Program-made: the position numbers and the translations under genes
Shown here: positions 1 to 9,147 of the stretch, in pieces
Layout of the letters: every line of letters starts with the position of its first letter
How positions within the stretch are numbered: the stretch's first letter is position 1
Assembly (NCBI GenBank): GCA_965229095.1
Contig: OZ245855.1
Location: 2,765,931 to 2,829,930, forward strand
Direction of reading: 5' to 3'
Length of the DNA stretch: 64,000 bases
Source: Edaphocola sp.
GTDB lineage: Bacteria > Bacteroidota > Bacteroidia > Chitinophagales > Chitinophagaceae
Notes under the pieces: model-generated
The model's database searches: none
Seen by the model: the letters and a program-made list of their open reading frames with translations, nothing else
Told to the model about the DNA's origin: nothing

Positions 1-726
1 TCTTTTAGCCCAGACATAGTCACCACTGTTATCCAACTCAACAATAAACATATCGCCCCAACTGCTCGAGGCCGTCAGGTTCGCAACACCGGTTCCGGGA
101 TCAAAGTCGGCAGTACCTTTGAAGTTACCAGCAACCAACACACCACCACCGTTGCTTATCGCGACACCTACACTCAAATCATTCAGGTTACCGCCCATTT
201 GTCTGGCCCATTCAAAATTTCCGGCTGCATTGAGCTTAACGACAAAGACATTAGTCGTATAGGCATTGCCCGAAGTACTGAGGGTATAGACACTGCTTCC
301 GGGATCAAAATCAATAGTACCGGCAGCACTGCCAAACGAGCCAAAATTACCGCTGATATAGATATTGCCCGAAGCATCGATGGCTATATCACTGGGCTCG
401 GCCATTATATCCGGGCCGCTGGCTTCAAAGCGCTTTACCCATTCAAAACCGCCTGCAGCATTGAGCTTGAGCAGGAACACATCCCAACCGGAAGAGGTAA
501 GGTTTACCACACCCGGTCCGGGGTCAAAATCGGTTACATCGGTAAAATGACCGGCAACATAGGTATTACCCATAGCATCTACAGCAATGGCATTGGCGGC
601 ATCATAACCTTGCCCTCTAAGGTTTCTGGCCCATAACATATCCTGGGCTTGCAAGCCATGACAACAGCACAGCAGCCCGGATGCGAGCAACATTTTCTTT
701 AAATGATTGGATAACCTTTTTTTCAT
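1..726 (-). CDS. SBBP-type beta-propeller repeat surface protein, N-terminal part (C-terminus lies beyond the left edge)
   Basis: Absent from the ORF track because it is open at the window edge. My translation of the minus strand from the ATG at 724-726 gives MKKRLSNHLKKMLLASGLLCCCHGLQAQ (signal peptide). Repeated units follow, such as AIAVDAMGNTYVAGHFTDVTDFDPGPGVVNLTSSGWDVFLLKLNAAGGFEWV, with no stop down to position 1. The + ORF 199..636 is its antisense shadow. Confidence 0.75.
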   Translation of the reverse strand, partial: MKKRLSNHLKKMLLASGLLCCCHGLQAQDMLWARNLRGQGYDAANAIAVDAMGNTYVAGHFTDVTDFDPGPGVVNLTSSGWDVFLLKLNAAGGFEWVKRFEASGPDIMAEPSDIAIDASGNIYISGNFGSFGSAAGTIDFDPGSSVYTLSTSGNAYTTNVFVVKLNAAGNFEWARQMGGNLNDLSVGVAISNGGGVLVAGNFKGTADFDPGTGVANLTASSSWGDMFIVELDNSGDYVWAKR

Positions 727-777
727 CGTGTTTCTTTTATGATTAAAATTGGATTGGTATGTTCCCGGTTCGGTTCG

Positions 778-882
778 GTCAATCTGAGCGAACTTTGTTT
801 TGGTCAGTCTGAGCGAAGTCGAAGACCGGCTAAAATCACGCGGTATCCCGCTTTCTCATAGTTCGACTCCGCTCATTATGAC
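778..882. repeat. REP-like intergenic element: two direct copies of GTCAnTCTGAGCGAA plus an inverted partner
   Basis: gtcaatctgagcgaac lies at 778-793. gtcagtctgagcgaagtcgaa (803-823) forms an imperfect inverted repeat with ttcgactccgctcattatgac (862-882). A related gtcatcctgagg...cgaaggatc motif recurs at about 13925-13960. Confidence 0.45.
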
Positions 883-928
883 GATTTGATTGTAACTCTG
901 TTCCGCTGGCAATGCAAGCTTTTGGTTT

Positions 929-956
929 GTAGAGACGTAGCCTGCTACGTCTCTAC
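929..956. terminator. Perfect 12-bp stem, 4-nt loop hairpin (REP-like, possible terminator of the 982..4248 gene)
   Basis: gtagagacgtag cctg ctacgtctctac, 26 nt downstream of the minus-strand stop at 982. There is no clear U-tract, so terminator function is uncertain. Confidence 0.4.
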
Positions 957-981
957 AGGTCACACGGGTATACATTCTTTC

Positions 982-3900
982 CTAGCGCAGCAGCGTTACA
1001 TCTCCTTTGAATATCTGCTCTTCCCCTTCCTGCTTACGGAGCTTTACATAGTAATGATAGGTACCCACATCGGCCGGCCCGTCTTTGTACCGGCCGTTCC
1101 ATCCTTCCGAAGGATCGGTGGTAAAAAATACCTCCTGCCCCCAGCGGTTAAAAACACGGAACTCCATCAGCTTGTGGTAACCGTAATTGCCTATTTTAAA
1201 TACATCATTGATACCATCACCATTAGGAGAGAAAGCATTGGGCATAAAAATAGCATCGTTGATATCGATGTGTACCGGTAAGGAAGCCCGGCAACCATAG
1301 ACATCGTAACCCGTCACGGTATAGGTAACCGGCGCCCGGGGCCTGGCTATAGGCGTAGCCGAACCCGGCAGATCCAGGCCCTCCTCCGGTTGCCAACGGT
1401 ATATATGCGCACCTGTGGCCCACAATGGAACACTTTGCCCGGCGGCAATCACGGTATCGTTGCTGGCCGCCAGTACTATTGCGGGGAATGTTTCCACAGT
1501 AAATGGTAAAGTAGTATCACAACCCGCAGTCAGTACCTGTACGCTGTAATTACCGGCGCTCAATCCCTGGACCGCATCCCCCTTATCGCTTTGCACGGTG
1601 CGCAGCAATGTTCCCGGCTCTTTGTACCAACTGTATGTATACATATTGGTATTGTTATCTGCAACCACAACCGAAGCAATACCTTCGTCGGGACAAGCTT
1701 TTGCCGCGGTCAGCACGGGCAAAGGGTAGATCTCTACCCGGAAGGTATCCACATCGGGACAGCCGTTCGCTTTTTGAAAACGGACGATATAGGTTCCCGA
1801 AGTGCTTACCCAGGTTTTAAATCCTATAGCGCCATGATCCCAGTTGTAATTGCTTCCGGTAGTATCGCTGGCAGCAAGCAGCAAACTGTCCTGGCTGAAG
1901 CAAGGCACCACAACTGGCTTGGGCACCGGTATGATGAATTTTGCCAGGAATGCATCGCGCTGGATACTCAACTGGCCACCCAAGGCACTTTTAAAACTGC
2001 CGGGTGTTGCTATACGCGTAGGGCTGTAAGTAGTGCCCGTCATATAAACGGCGGGGCCATCAGAAGTTTGTGTTGCCGCCAGCGAACTGCCCCAGTCTTC
2101 GTACTGGCCGCCGTAATAGGTAGCATATTCCCGGTTTCCCGAAGGGTCGAAGATGCTTAAATAAGTGGAAAGACTGGTACCTGTAGCATAGATACCCGGA
2201 TTATCTGTCTGGTAAGCACAGGGCGTAGCCAAACCGGCAGCATCCGAGTTGACCAGCAGGAATATTTTATCCTGGCTGTATGCCAGTGCTGCCCCGGCTC
2301 TCGCCGTATTGCCATAGTAGTAAGTTGCCCATTGTCTTTGACCCGCACCCGAGAATTTAGCTAAGAAAGAGCCGCCGCCAGATGGTATTGTATCGCTAAA
2401 ACTACCGGGACTGGCGACGCTCCATTGTCCGTTAATGCTCCAGGTAAAACGACTGGTATAGCCCGCCATATATACATTGTCGTTGTCGTCGCAGGTAAGG
2501 GCATAGCCGCCGTCGGGATAGTTGCCGCCATAATAAGTGCCCCATATCCTGTTACCGGCACTATCCCATTTTTGCAAAAAAGCATCGGGTGTACAGTTCG
2601 GAGGCATAAAGGATGAATAAATACAGCCGCCGTATTGCGCCTGGAAACTACCTGGCGTAGCAACAGAAAATGTATCGACAGGGCTGTCCCCGATGGCATA
2701 CCCGGTCAGGTAAATATATCCTTGCTTGTCCAGGACTATATCATACACCGTACTCAGGATATAACCCACATCTGCAATATAGGTTCCCCATTGCTTTTGT
2801 CCCGATGCATTGAAGCAGGTCAAAAACCCGGAATAAGCAGATGATCCTGGGCCTGGAGGCACCAGGAAAGCATTGGGTGTAGCCACCACATCGACAGGAG
2901 GCAGGAAGGCTTGTGAAGCCCCGGCCAAATATACCTTACTCCCGTCCGGCGTTACTGCTACCGAACCGCCTTCTTCCTGGCGGGGGTTACCAAAGAAGGT
3001 AGACCATTGCCGTATACCATTACTATTGAATTTGACGAGGTAAAGATCGGGCCATCCGTAAATACCGTTCCTTGTCATTTGATACGCACCCGGGGTAGCA
3101 ATACCGCTATCGCTGAAGGTATTCCCGGTCATGTAAATATTGCCCAGGGTATCGCAGGCGATAGAATGCCCGCGTCCTGATACCGTACCCATATAAGCGC
3201 CGTCCTCATCCCTGCTGCCTTTGTAGCCGCCGAAATAAGTAGCCCAGAGGCGCTGGCCCGAAGCCGTAAATTTTACCAGGAAAGCGCAGTTGCCATTGGA
3301 CAAAGCGACCTGGTGGGTGCCCTGTGTTGCGATGTTATCAATACTGGACGTGGTACCGGCCATATACACATCGCCCTTATGGTCCGTGACCACTGTATTG
3401 CCATAAAAGTAATAGCCCTGAAAGGTATGGCCTGCATATTGTCCCAGCTCGGGGCCGCTGCCGCCATAGTAAGTAGCCCATTGCAGGCGTAACGCAGGGT
3501 CTATAACCAAAGAGCCTTCGCAATTACCGGCCTCAAACCCCACGGTATTCTCTTGCAGCACAAAGCGGGAAGATACCTCTCGGCCATCTGCCTGGCTATA
3601 GCTAAAGGGCTTTTCCTCTTCAATACTGCCCATGGGTGTAGTAACCATAAGCGCGCCCTCCGTTACGGTAATATCTTTGGCGCCATCATAGCGCATTTTT
3701 ATATCCGCTACCCTACCCCCGGGATGAACGATGAAATCATATTTAAGTTCATCGCCTCTTGTGTACAATACCCAGTCGATGTTGGGATAAATATCCCGAT
3801 AAGTAATCTTCTGGTAAGCAGCGGCCCTGGCGCCATCCAGGCCATTAGCATAATAGATGCTGGCATCGGGGAGCATATTCTCTCTCTCCACGACAGCATC

Positions 3901-4248
3901 GGGATTGCTGCCAATGAGCGTAACATCCAGGCGGTAAGTATGGAATTGCAAAAAGGAAGGCGGCTCCGGGCTATTCTTTTCAAGACCGGCATTATCAGGC
4001 TGTACCTGCTTTTGCGACAAAGCCTCGTTCCATTGGTAATGTAGCGTCCCTTTCCCTACAAATACAGAAAGACCGTTGGTACTAAGCTGGAATTGTATAT
4101 CCTTTCTTAGATTAGAAAACTGGTCGGTGATCTGCCCTACATTTTCCCGGAAGGAGAATTGTTCGGCCTGATAAGCCCGGGAAGCTTTTTGAGCACAAGC
4201 GATATAACCAGCCAGGCACAATACGATCAGACAATAAACTTGCTTCAT
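982..4248 (-). CDS. T9SS type B sorting domain protein with SBBP-like beta-propeller repeats (gliding-motility-associated C-terminal domain)
   Basis: ORF 982..4293. Repeats of the YYGG...G.IY.TG.T.S...IATPG..Q......DAFL.KF...G.R.WATYYGG type are present. The C-terminus FMPNAFSPNGDGINDVFKI...WNGRYKDGPADVGTYHYYVKL...FKGDVTLLR is the type B CTD. The track start is a TTG, so I prefer the ATG at 4248 (MKQVYCLIVLCLAGYIACAQ signal peptide). Confidence 0.9.
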   Translation of the reverse strand: MKQVYCLIVLCLAGYIACAQKASRAYQAEQFSFRENVGQITDQFSNLRKDIQFQLSTNGLSVFVGKGTLHYQWNEALSQKQVQPDNAGLEKNSPEPPSFLQFHTYRLDVTLIGSNPDAVVERENMLPDASIYYANGLDGARAAAYQKITYRDIYPNIDWVLYTRGDELKYDFIVHPGGRVADIKMRYDGAKDITVTEGALMVTTPMGSIEEEKPFSYSQADGREVSSRFVLQENTVGFEAGNCEGSLVIDPALRLQWATYYGGSGPELGQYAGHTFQGYYFYGNTVVTDHKGDVYMAGTTSSIDNIATQGTHQVALSNGNCAFLVKFTASGQRLWATYFGGYKGSRDEDGAYMGTVSGRGHSIACDTLGNIYMTGNTFSDSGIATPGAYQMTRNGIYGWPDLYLVKFNSNGIRQWSTFFGNPRQEEGGSVAVTPDGSKVYLAGASQAFLPPVDVVATPNAFLVPPGPGSSAYSGFLTCFNASGQKQWGTYIADVGYILSTVYDIVLDKQGYIYLTGYAIGDSPVDTFSVATPGSFQAQYGGCIYSSFMPPNCTPDAFLQKWDSAGNRIWGTYYGGNYPDGGYALTCDDNDNVYMAGYTSRFTWSINGQWSVASPGSFSDTIPSGGGSFLAKFSGAGQRQWATYYYGNTARAGAALAYSQDKIFLLVNSDAAGLATPCAYQTDNPGIYATGTSLSTYLSIFDPSGNREYATYYGGQYEDWGSSLAATQTSDGPAVYMTGTTYSPTRIATPGSFKSALGGQLSIQRDAFLAKFIIPVPKPVVVPCFSQDSLLLAASDTTGSNYNWDHGAIGFKTWVSTSGTYIVRFQKANGCPDVDTFRVEIYPLPVLTAAKACPDEGIASVVVADNNTNMYTYSWYKEPGTLLRTVQSDKGDAVQGLSAGNYSVQVLTAGCDTTLPFTVETFPAIVLAASNDTVIAAGQSVPLWATGAHIYRWQPEEGLDLPGSATPIARPRAPVTYTVTGYDVYGCRASLPVHIDINDAIFMPNAFSPNGDGINDVFKIGNYGYHKLMEFRVFNRWGQEVFFTTDPSEGWNGRYKDGPADVGTYHYYVKLRKQEGEEQIFKGDVTLLR

Positions 4249-4289
4249 CTCATTAACGAACTTTAATATTAGGTAAAACAGTGCCTTTA

Positions 4290-4580
4290 TCAATCCCGAC
4301 TGGCAGGCTTTCCAGCCGCCTCATACCGGATTGTACTATCACGGTATCCCGGGGGCCTTATGGTGCTGAACATAAGTATCATCCCGTTGTCCATTAAAAA
4401 CATTCCGGTACTGTCGCTGCCGTATTTTGGTGGTTTGGCTTCTGTCTCCTTGTTTTCCGCTACGGGATCCGGCATTGCCTCTTTATCTATGCTGCCGGTT
4501 TCAGGGTATTGACTGCAGGCACTCAGCGTCACTGCTATGAGCATCCAGCATTTTTTGATCCGCATCCTTTTGAAGGTCAT
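4290..4580 (-). CDS. Small hypothetical lipoprotein
   Basis: 96-aa ORF with a signal peptide and lipobox (MRIKKCWMLIAVTLSAC). It is co-oriented with and abuts the downstream SBBP/T9SS gene. No recognisable domain. Confidence 0.5.
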   Translation of the reverse strand: MTFKRMRIKKCWMLIAVTLSACSQYPETGSIDKEAMPDPVAENKETEAKPPKYGSDSTGMFLMDNGMILMFSTIRPPGYRDSTIRYEAAGKPASRD

Positions 4581-4735
4581 TACATCTGTTCAATCGATGC
4601 AACAAAATTGCTGTATTAAAAAATAAGTACATAGACGGCTTCCACTGATTTTTAAAACTCAGTGTTTCCACTGAATTGAATCAGGAAAGCAGCAACAGCC
4701 GCTATTATCGTTACATTGTGACAGATTTTGTTTTC

Positions 4736-6583
4736 ATGCGCTATCCCTGGGTACTAAGGCTGTTGTGCTTTATCATGGTACTGATACCTGTTGCCTGTCC
4801 GGCACAGCATAAAGAGCTGCCCGCACTCCTGGCTGATAAAGAGAGCCAGGTAAAGGCCCGGATAGATTCGGGCAAGGAACTGATCCAGGGAGGGCATTAC
4901 GATTCCGCTATTGCATTGTTCCAGGGCCTGCGACCCAGGTGTAAAGGTCTTACCAACGAAACAAGACTGGTTTCCCTGATCAACAATTACATCGGCTCTA
5001 CTTATATCTTTAAAGGAAATTTTGAACTCGCCGTCCAACACCTTTCCCAGGCAGCCGCTACCCTGATCGACAGTCCCGAAGTGCATTCCATACTGCTGAT
5101 AAGGATATACAACAACCTTTCCGTAGCGCTTAACCGCATTACCGAAAACGAAAGCGCCTTACGTTACCTGGAGAAGGCCGAAGAGATTGCAACACAATAC
5201 GGACATGTAAAAATGCTGCCCAGTATCCTGATCAACGAAGGCAGGATATATAAAGAGATGCAGCTATGGCAAAAAAGCAAAAGCAAATTTGACAACGTAT
5301 TGCTTCTGCTGGATACAACGACTATTGAAAGCAATCTCCTGGGCGTAACGCCGCTGGAGATAAAACAGGTAAGCTATACCAACCTGGGGCAATTATACAT
5401 CTCTATGGGGGATATGCCTACTGCCTTATCCTACCTGCAAAAGAGCAATAAACTCTTATCGCCCGGTTCTAATCCCTACTACCATGTCCCCAACCTTATA
5501 GCCCTGGGACGAGTGTACCTGAGCATGAAGAACTATAGTCTTGCCGAAAAATACCTGACGAATGCCATGGCGCTTTCCCGGAAAACCGGCATAGGTGATG
5601 GTGTATCCGAAGCGGCACATTACTTGTCTGACCTGTATGCTGCTACCGGAAAATTTGAAAAGGCCTACGAGTTTCATTTTGAATACAAAAAAATGGAAGA
5701 CAGCATAAGGCAGCATGAAAAGACCAAAGAGGTACGGCAACTGGAAGCCAAATACCGGGTAGTGGAAAAAGACAAAAAGCTCGCGGAGAACCGGCTCCTG
5801 CGCACACAGCAGGAACGCCTGCTCAAAAACAGGAACCTCTGGATATTGCTTATATCCGTCATAGCCCTTTTGGTTACCATTATCCTTATCGTTATGTTCC
5901 GGAGCTACCGCCAGAAACAAAGAATACAGCAACAGAATTTATATACCCTGGAAAAAGACAAGCAAATTGCAGTGATGAAGGCCATGCTCGAAGGAGAAGA
6001 AAAAGAACGGGGCCGCATTGCCGGCAATCTTCATGATGGTATTGGTAGTATGATTTCTGCCGTAAAAATGAATTTCAGCATTTTAAAACTAACGCATATC
6101 GAGAACCGTGACATCTATCATAAAGGCATGCTCCTGCTGGACGAAGCGGCTAAAGAATTACGGGCTACGGCACATAACCTGATGCCCGAAATACTGGTGC
6201 AGGAAGGGCTGGAGGCTGCGGTAATTAATTTCTGCAAAAGGATGGAGCAAACCAGACTGCTCCATATAGACTGCCAGATGAACGGTGATTTTGGCCAGAT
6301 AGAAAAGGATATGGAATTGCTGGTATACCGTATCGTGCAGGAGCTGGTCAATAACATTGTGAAGCATGCCGGCGCAGCCAATGCATTGGTACAGATCAAT
6401 TACAGCATGGGACTTTTAATGATCGCCGTGGAGGACAACGGCCGGGGCATCCCGGAAAAGGAAACTGCCGGAGGGATGGGCCTGCGCAGTATAAAAGAAA
6501 AAGTAAGTATGCTCAATGGCCTCATGAGCGTAGAAAGCACCGCAGCAGAAGGCACACAGGTTTATATAGAAATAGATTGTTGA
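4736..6583 (+). CDS. TPR-repeat sensor histidine kinase (HisKA_3 / HATPase_c, NarL-LiaS type)
   Basis: The N-terminus has a signal or TM segment followed by TPR-like helices, then a TM segment (LWILLISVIALLVTIILIVMF). H-box RIAGNLHDGIGSMIS, N-box VQELVNNIVKHA, G-box DNGRGI...GMGLRSI. The track start at 4676 is a TTG, and the ATG at 4736 is more likely. Confidence 0.9.
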   Translation: MRYPWVLRLLCFIMVLIPVACPAQHKELPALLADKESQVKARIDSGKELIQGGHYDSAIALFQGLRPRCKGLTNETRLVSLINNYIGSTYIFKGNFELAVQHLSQAAATLIDSPEVHSILLIRIYNNLSVALNRITENESALRYLEKAEEIATQYGHVKMLPSILINEGRIYKEMQLWQKSKSKFDNVLLLLDTTTIESNLLGVTPLEIKQVSYTNLGQLYISMGDMPTALSYLQKSNKLLSPGSNPYYHVPNLIALGRVYLSMKNYSLAEKYLTNAMALSRKTGIGDGVSEAAHYLSDLYAATGKFEKAYEFHFEYKKMEDSIRQHEKTKEVRQLEAKYRVVEKDKKLAENRLLRTQQERLLKNRNLWILLISVIALLVTIILIVMFRSYRQKQRIQQQNLYTLEKDKQIAVMKAMLEGEEKERGRIAGNLHDGIGSMISAVKMNFSILKLTHIENRDIYHKGMLLLDEAAKELRATAHNLMPEILVQEGLEAAVINFCKRMEQTRLLHIDCQMNGDFGQIEKDMELLVYRIVQELVNNIVKHAGAANALVQINYSMGLLMIAVEDNGRGIPEKETAGGMGLRSIKEKVSMLNGLMSVESTAAEGTQVYIEIDC

Positions 6584-6591
6584 GATAATAC

Positions 6592-7242
6592 ATGAGCAAG
6601 ATGATCAAAGTTTCGATACTGGACGACCAATACATCGTATTGAATGGGATACAGCAAATGCTGACAGGCAATGCAACCGTATCCCTTACCGGCATGTTCC
6701 GCAATAAAGCAGAACTGGCAGAGGGCCTGCAACACAGCGAACCCGACGTACTGCTCCTGGATATAAGAATGCCTGATGAAGACGGCATCAGCATTGCTGA
6801 ATGGTTATCAGTACAGTGGCCCAGGATCAGGATACTGGCACTGACTAATTTCGATACTACTTCCTATGTCACCAAGATGATGCAGGCAGGCGTAAAAGGA
6901 TACCTGCTCAAAAACACGGACCTCAATACGTTAATAGATGCTATTTGCTGTGTGTATAACGATCAGCAATATATAGAACCCGGCCTTAAAGAACAGATCA
7001 TTAACGAATCGCTGCAGCAAAAAAAGCCGAAAGGGCATATCCCTGTACTGACCAAAAGGGAGAAGGAAATATTAAGACTGATCGTAAAAGACCATGCTTC
7101 CAGCAAAGAGATTGCCGACAAGTTGTTCTTAAGTTTAAGGACGGTGGAAAGCCATCGTTATCATTTGTTCCAGAAACTGGATGTCAAGAATGCTCCGGGC
7201 CTCGTAGCCAAAGCCCTGGAGATGGGATTACTGCAAAACTGA
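6592..7242 (+). CDS. Response regulator, LuxR/NarL family (REC + HTH)
   Basis: REC motifs (ILDDQ, DVLLLDIRMPDEDG, LALTNF...KGYLLK). C-terminal LuxR HTH (LTKREKEILRLIVKDHASSKEIADKLFLSLRTVESHRYHLFQKL). It begins 9 nt after the kinase stop. Confidence 0.95.
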   Translation: MSKMIKVSILDDQYIVLNGIQQMLTGNATVSLTGMFRNKAELAEGLQHSEPDVLLLDIRMPDEDGISIAEWLSVQWPRIRILALTNFDTTSYVTKMMQAGVKGYLLKNTDLNTLIDAICCVYNDQQYIEPGLKEQIINESLQQKKPKGHIPVLTKREKEILRLIVKDHASSKEIADKLFLSLRTVESHRYHLFQKLDVKNAPGLVAKALEMGLLQN

Positions 7243-7429
7243 TATGCCGTTCCGGGAAAGAAGTTTTTGCACCTTGCTTGCTGCTTAAGCCATTGTATAT
7301 CCTACCCTAACAAACAAGGGCCATGAGCATTACCGGTATAAAGGCATTGTTACAATAAATAGGGTATATGTCATCGCTCTAACAAGGCAGGTTGTCCTTT
7401 TTAGGAATAAGTACAATTACCCTTTTTAC

Positions 7430-7437
7430 TATTTTTG
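7430..7437 (+). promoter_or_regulatory. Bacteroidota -7 promoter box TAnnTTTG
   Basis: TATTTTTG is a perfect match. Its terminal TTG is the ORF-track start at 7435, and the ATG at 7483 lies 46 nt downstream. Confidence 0.5.
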
Positions 7438-7482
7438 GGTATCTTTTCTATTGCAAACAATCCCAAAAAAGAACCTAAGCCT

Positions 7483-7968
7483 ATGAATACAGCAGCACAA
7501 ATAGCCAAACACATAAGGGATGTCCATTTCGGGGGCAACTGGACCTGCGTCAATCTGAAAGACAGCCTGACTGGTGTCACCTGGCAACAAGCAATTACCA
7601 AGGTGCATGATTTTAATACCGTGGCTACGCTTGTTTATCATATGAACTACTACATTGATGCGGTACTAAAAGTATTGCAGGGGGGACCTTTGATCGCCAA
7701 AGATGCGCTCAGCTTCGACCATCCGCCCATCGGGTCCTCTGCAGATTGGGAACAATTACTGGATAAGGTATGGACCGATGCCACAACTTTTGCAGACCTG
7801 ATAGAACAGTTGCCGGAGCAACAGTTGGGCGACATTTTTGTGGAAGAAAAATATGGCATTTACTACAGGAACCTTCAGGGTATCGTAGAACATACGCATT
7901 ACCACCTGGGACAAATTACCCTGATCAGGAAGATACTCCAGGCAGGTGAACATAAGGAAAGTGTTTAA
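7483..7968 (+). CDS. DinB-superfamily protein (DUF1572-like)
   Basis: About 160 aa. The conserved C-terminal HTHYHLGQITLIRK and overall helical-bundle pattern are typical of the DinB/DUF1572 family. Confidence 0.8.
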   Translation: MNTAAQIAKHIRDVHFGGNWTCVNLKDSLTGVTWQQAITKVHDFNTVATLVYHMNYYIDAVLKVLQGGPLIAKDALSFDHPPIGSSADWEQLLDKVWTDATTFADLIEQLPEQQLGDIFVEEKYGIYYRNLQGIVEHTHYHLGQITLIRKILQAGEHKESV

Positions 7969-8096
7969 AGTAAGACAGCACCATTGATCCCAAGGTTGTA
8001 GTCCATCAGGAGGCAAAGCGTAGACAGTCCGGCTGCGAACTTTACATGATCCCGTTTGTTGCCTTTCTGATAGCACTGCCTACCCACACTTAAACA

Positions 8097-9062
8097 ATGC
8101 CTATGCAAACCGATATTTCCTCCTTCAGCCAATGGCCGTCCCTTGCATACCACAATTGGAAAGATACTTATGCTACCGTACATTTATGGACGCAGATCGT
8201 AGGCAAGATCAGGTTGCGCACGATGCCCTGGCTCAACCATTCCTGGCATGTAACCTTGTATATAAGCCCTTATGGTTTAAGTACCGGCAGTATGCCTTAT
8301 AGTCAGGGTATTTTTCAACTGGACTTTGATTTTATCCGCCACCGGTTAAAAATCAGCACCAGCAACGACAGGGAGGAAACCATATTACTACAGCCCAGGA
8401 CGGTAGCCGATTTTTATGAGGAGCTGTTTCGCAAGCTACGGGAGTTGGGTATTGATGTAACCATCTTCAGTATGCCCAGTGAACTGGACAATGCCATTCC
8501 ATTTGAAGAAGACAACATCCATCAGGCTTACGATGCCCGGCAAATGGAACAGTTCTGGCAGGCACTTGTCCGGATACACAATGTGTTCACCCGTTTCAGG
8601 GCAAGATTTACCGGGAAATGCAGCCCTGTCCATTTTTTCTGGGGTGCTTTCGATCTCGCCGTAACCCGCTTCTCCGGCAGGGATGCTCCCAGGCACGAGG
8701 GTAAGGCGCCTAATATGCCCGCACGGGTAATGCAGGAGGCTTATTCCCATGAAGTAAGCTCCTGTGGCTTCTGGCCCGGAAACGATGCTTATCCTCATGC
8801 TTCATTTTACGCTTACTGTTACCCTGCTCCCGAAGCATTCGCTACCCAGCCGGTACAGCCGGAAGCCACATTTTTCAGTCCCGAAATGGGGGAATTCCTG
8901 CTGTCCTACGATGCCGTACAACAATCGGCACATCCCGAAGAAACATTGATGGCATTCCTGCAGAGCACTTATGAAGCGGCAGCTCATACCGCGCATTGGG
9001 ACAGGCATTCCCTGGAATGTGACTTATCTTCTTTCGAAAATGATTACGGCTGTTTCCGCTAA
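8097..9062 (+). CDS. Conserved hypothetical protein (DUF5996-like)
   Basis: 321-aa ORF with good coding character. The N-terminal W.DT..TLHLWTQIVGKIRL-type motif (NWKDTYATVHLWTQIVGKIRL) matches my memory of the DUF5996 family. Function unknown. Confidence 0.75.
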   Translation: MPMQTDISSFSQWPSLAYHNWKDTYATVHLWTQIVGKIRLRTMPWLNHSWHVTLYISPYGLSTGSMPYSQGIFQLDFDFIRHRLKISTSNDREETILLQPRTVADFYEELFRKLRELGIDVTIFSMPSELDNAIPFEEDNIHQAYDARQMEQFWQALVRIHNVFTRFRARFTGKCSPVHFFWGAFDLAVTRFSGRDAPRHEGKAPNMPARVMQEAYSHEVSSCGFWPGNDAYPHASFYAYCYPAPEAFATQPVQPEATFFSPEMGEFLLSYDAVQQSAHPEETLMAFLQSTYEAAAHTAHWDRHSLECDLSSFENDYGCFR

Positions 9063-9082
9063 CCTTGCCTAAAACGGCCATA

Positions 9083-9128
9083 CATATCAAAGCCCTCCGG
9101 CGAAATGACCGGAGGGCTTTGATATGTC
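9083..9128. terminator. Bidirectional intrinsic terminator hairpin between convergent genes
   Basis: Perfect 19-bp stem, acatatcaaagccctccgg / ccggagggctttgatatgt, with an 8-nt loop. Confidence 0.7.
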
Positions 9129-9147
9129 TTGGTTTTATTTGTCCACT

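Noticed and set aside
199-636. 145-aa + ORF at the left edge
   Set aside because: It is antisense to the edge-truncated SBBP gene, which has a signal peptide, clear repeats and no stop over 726 nt.
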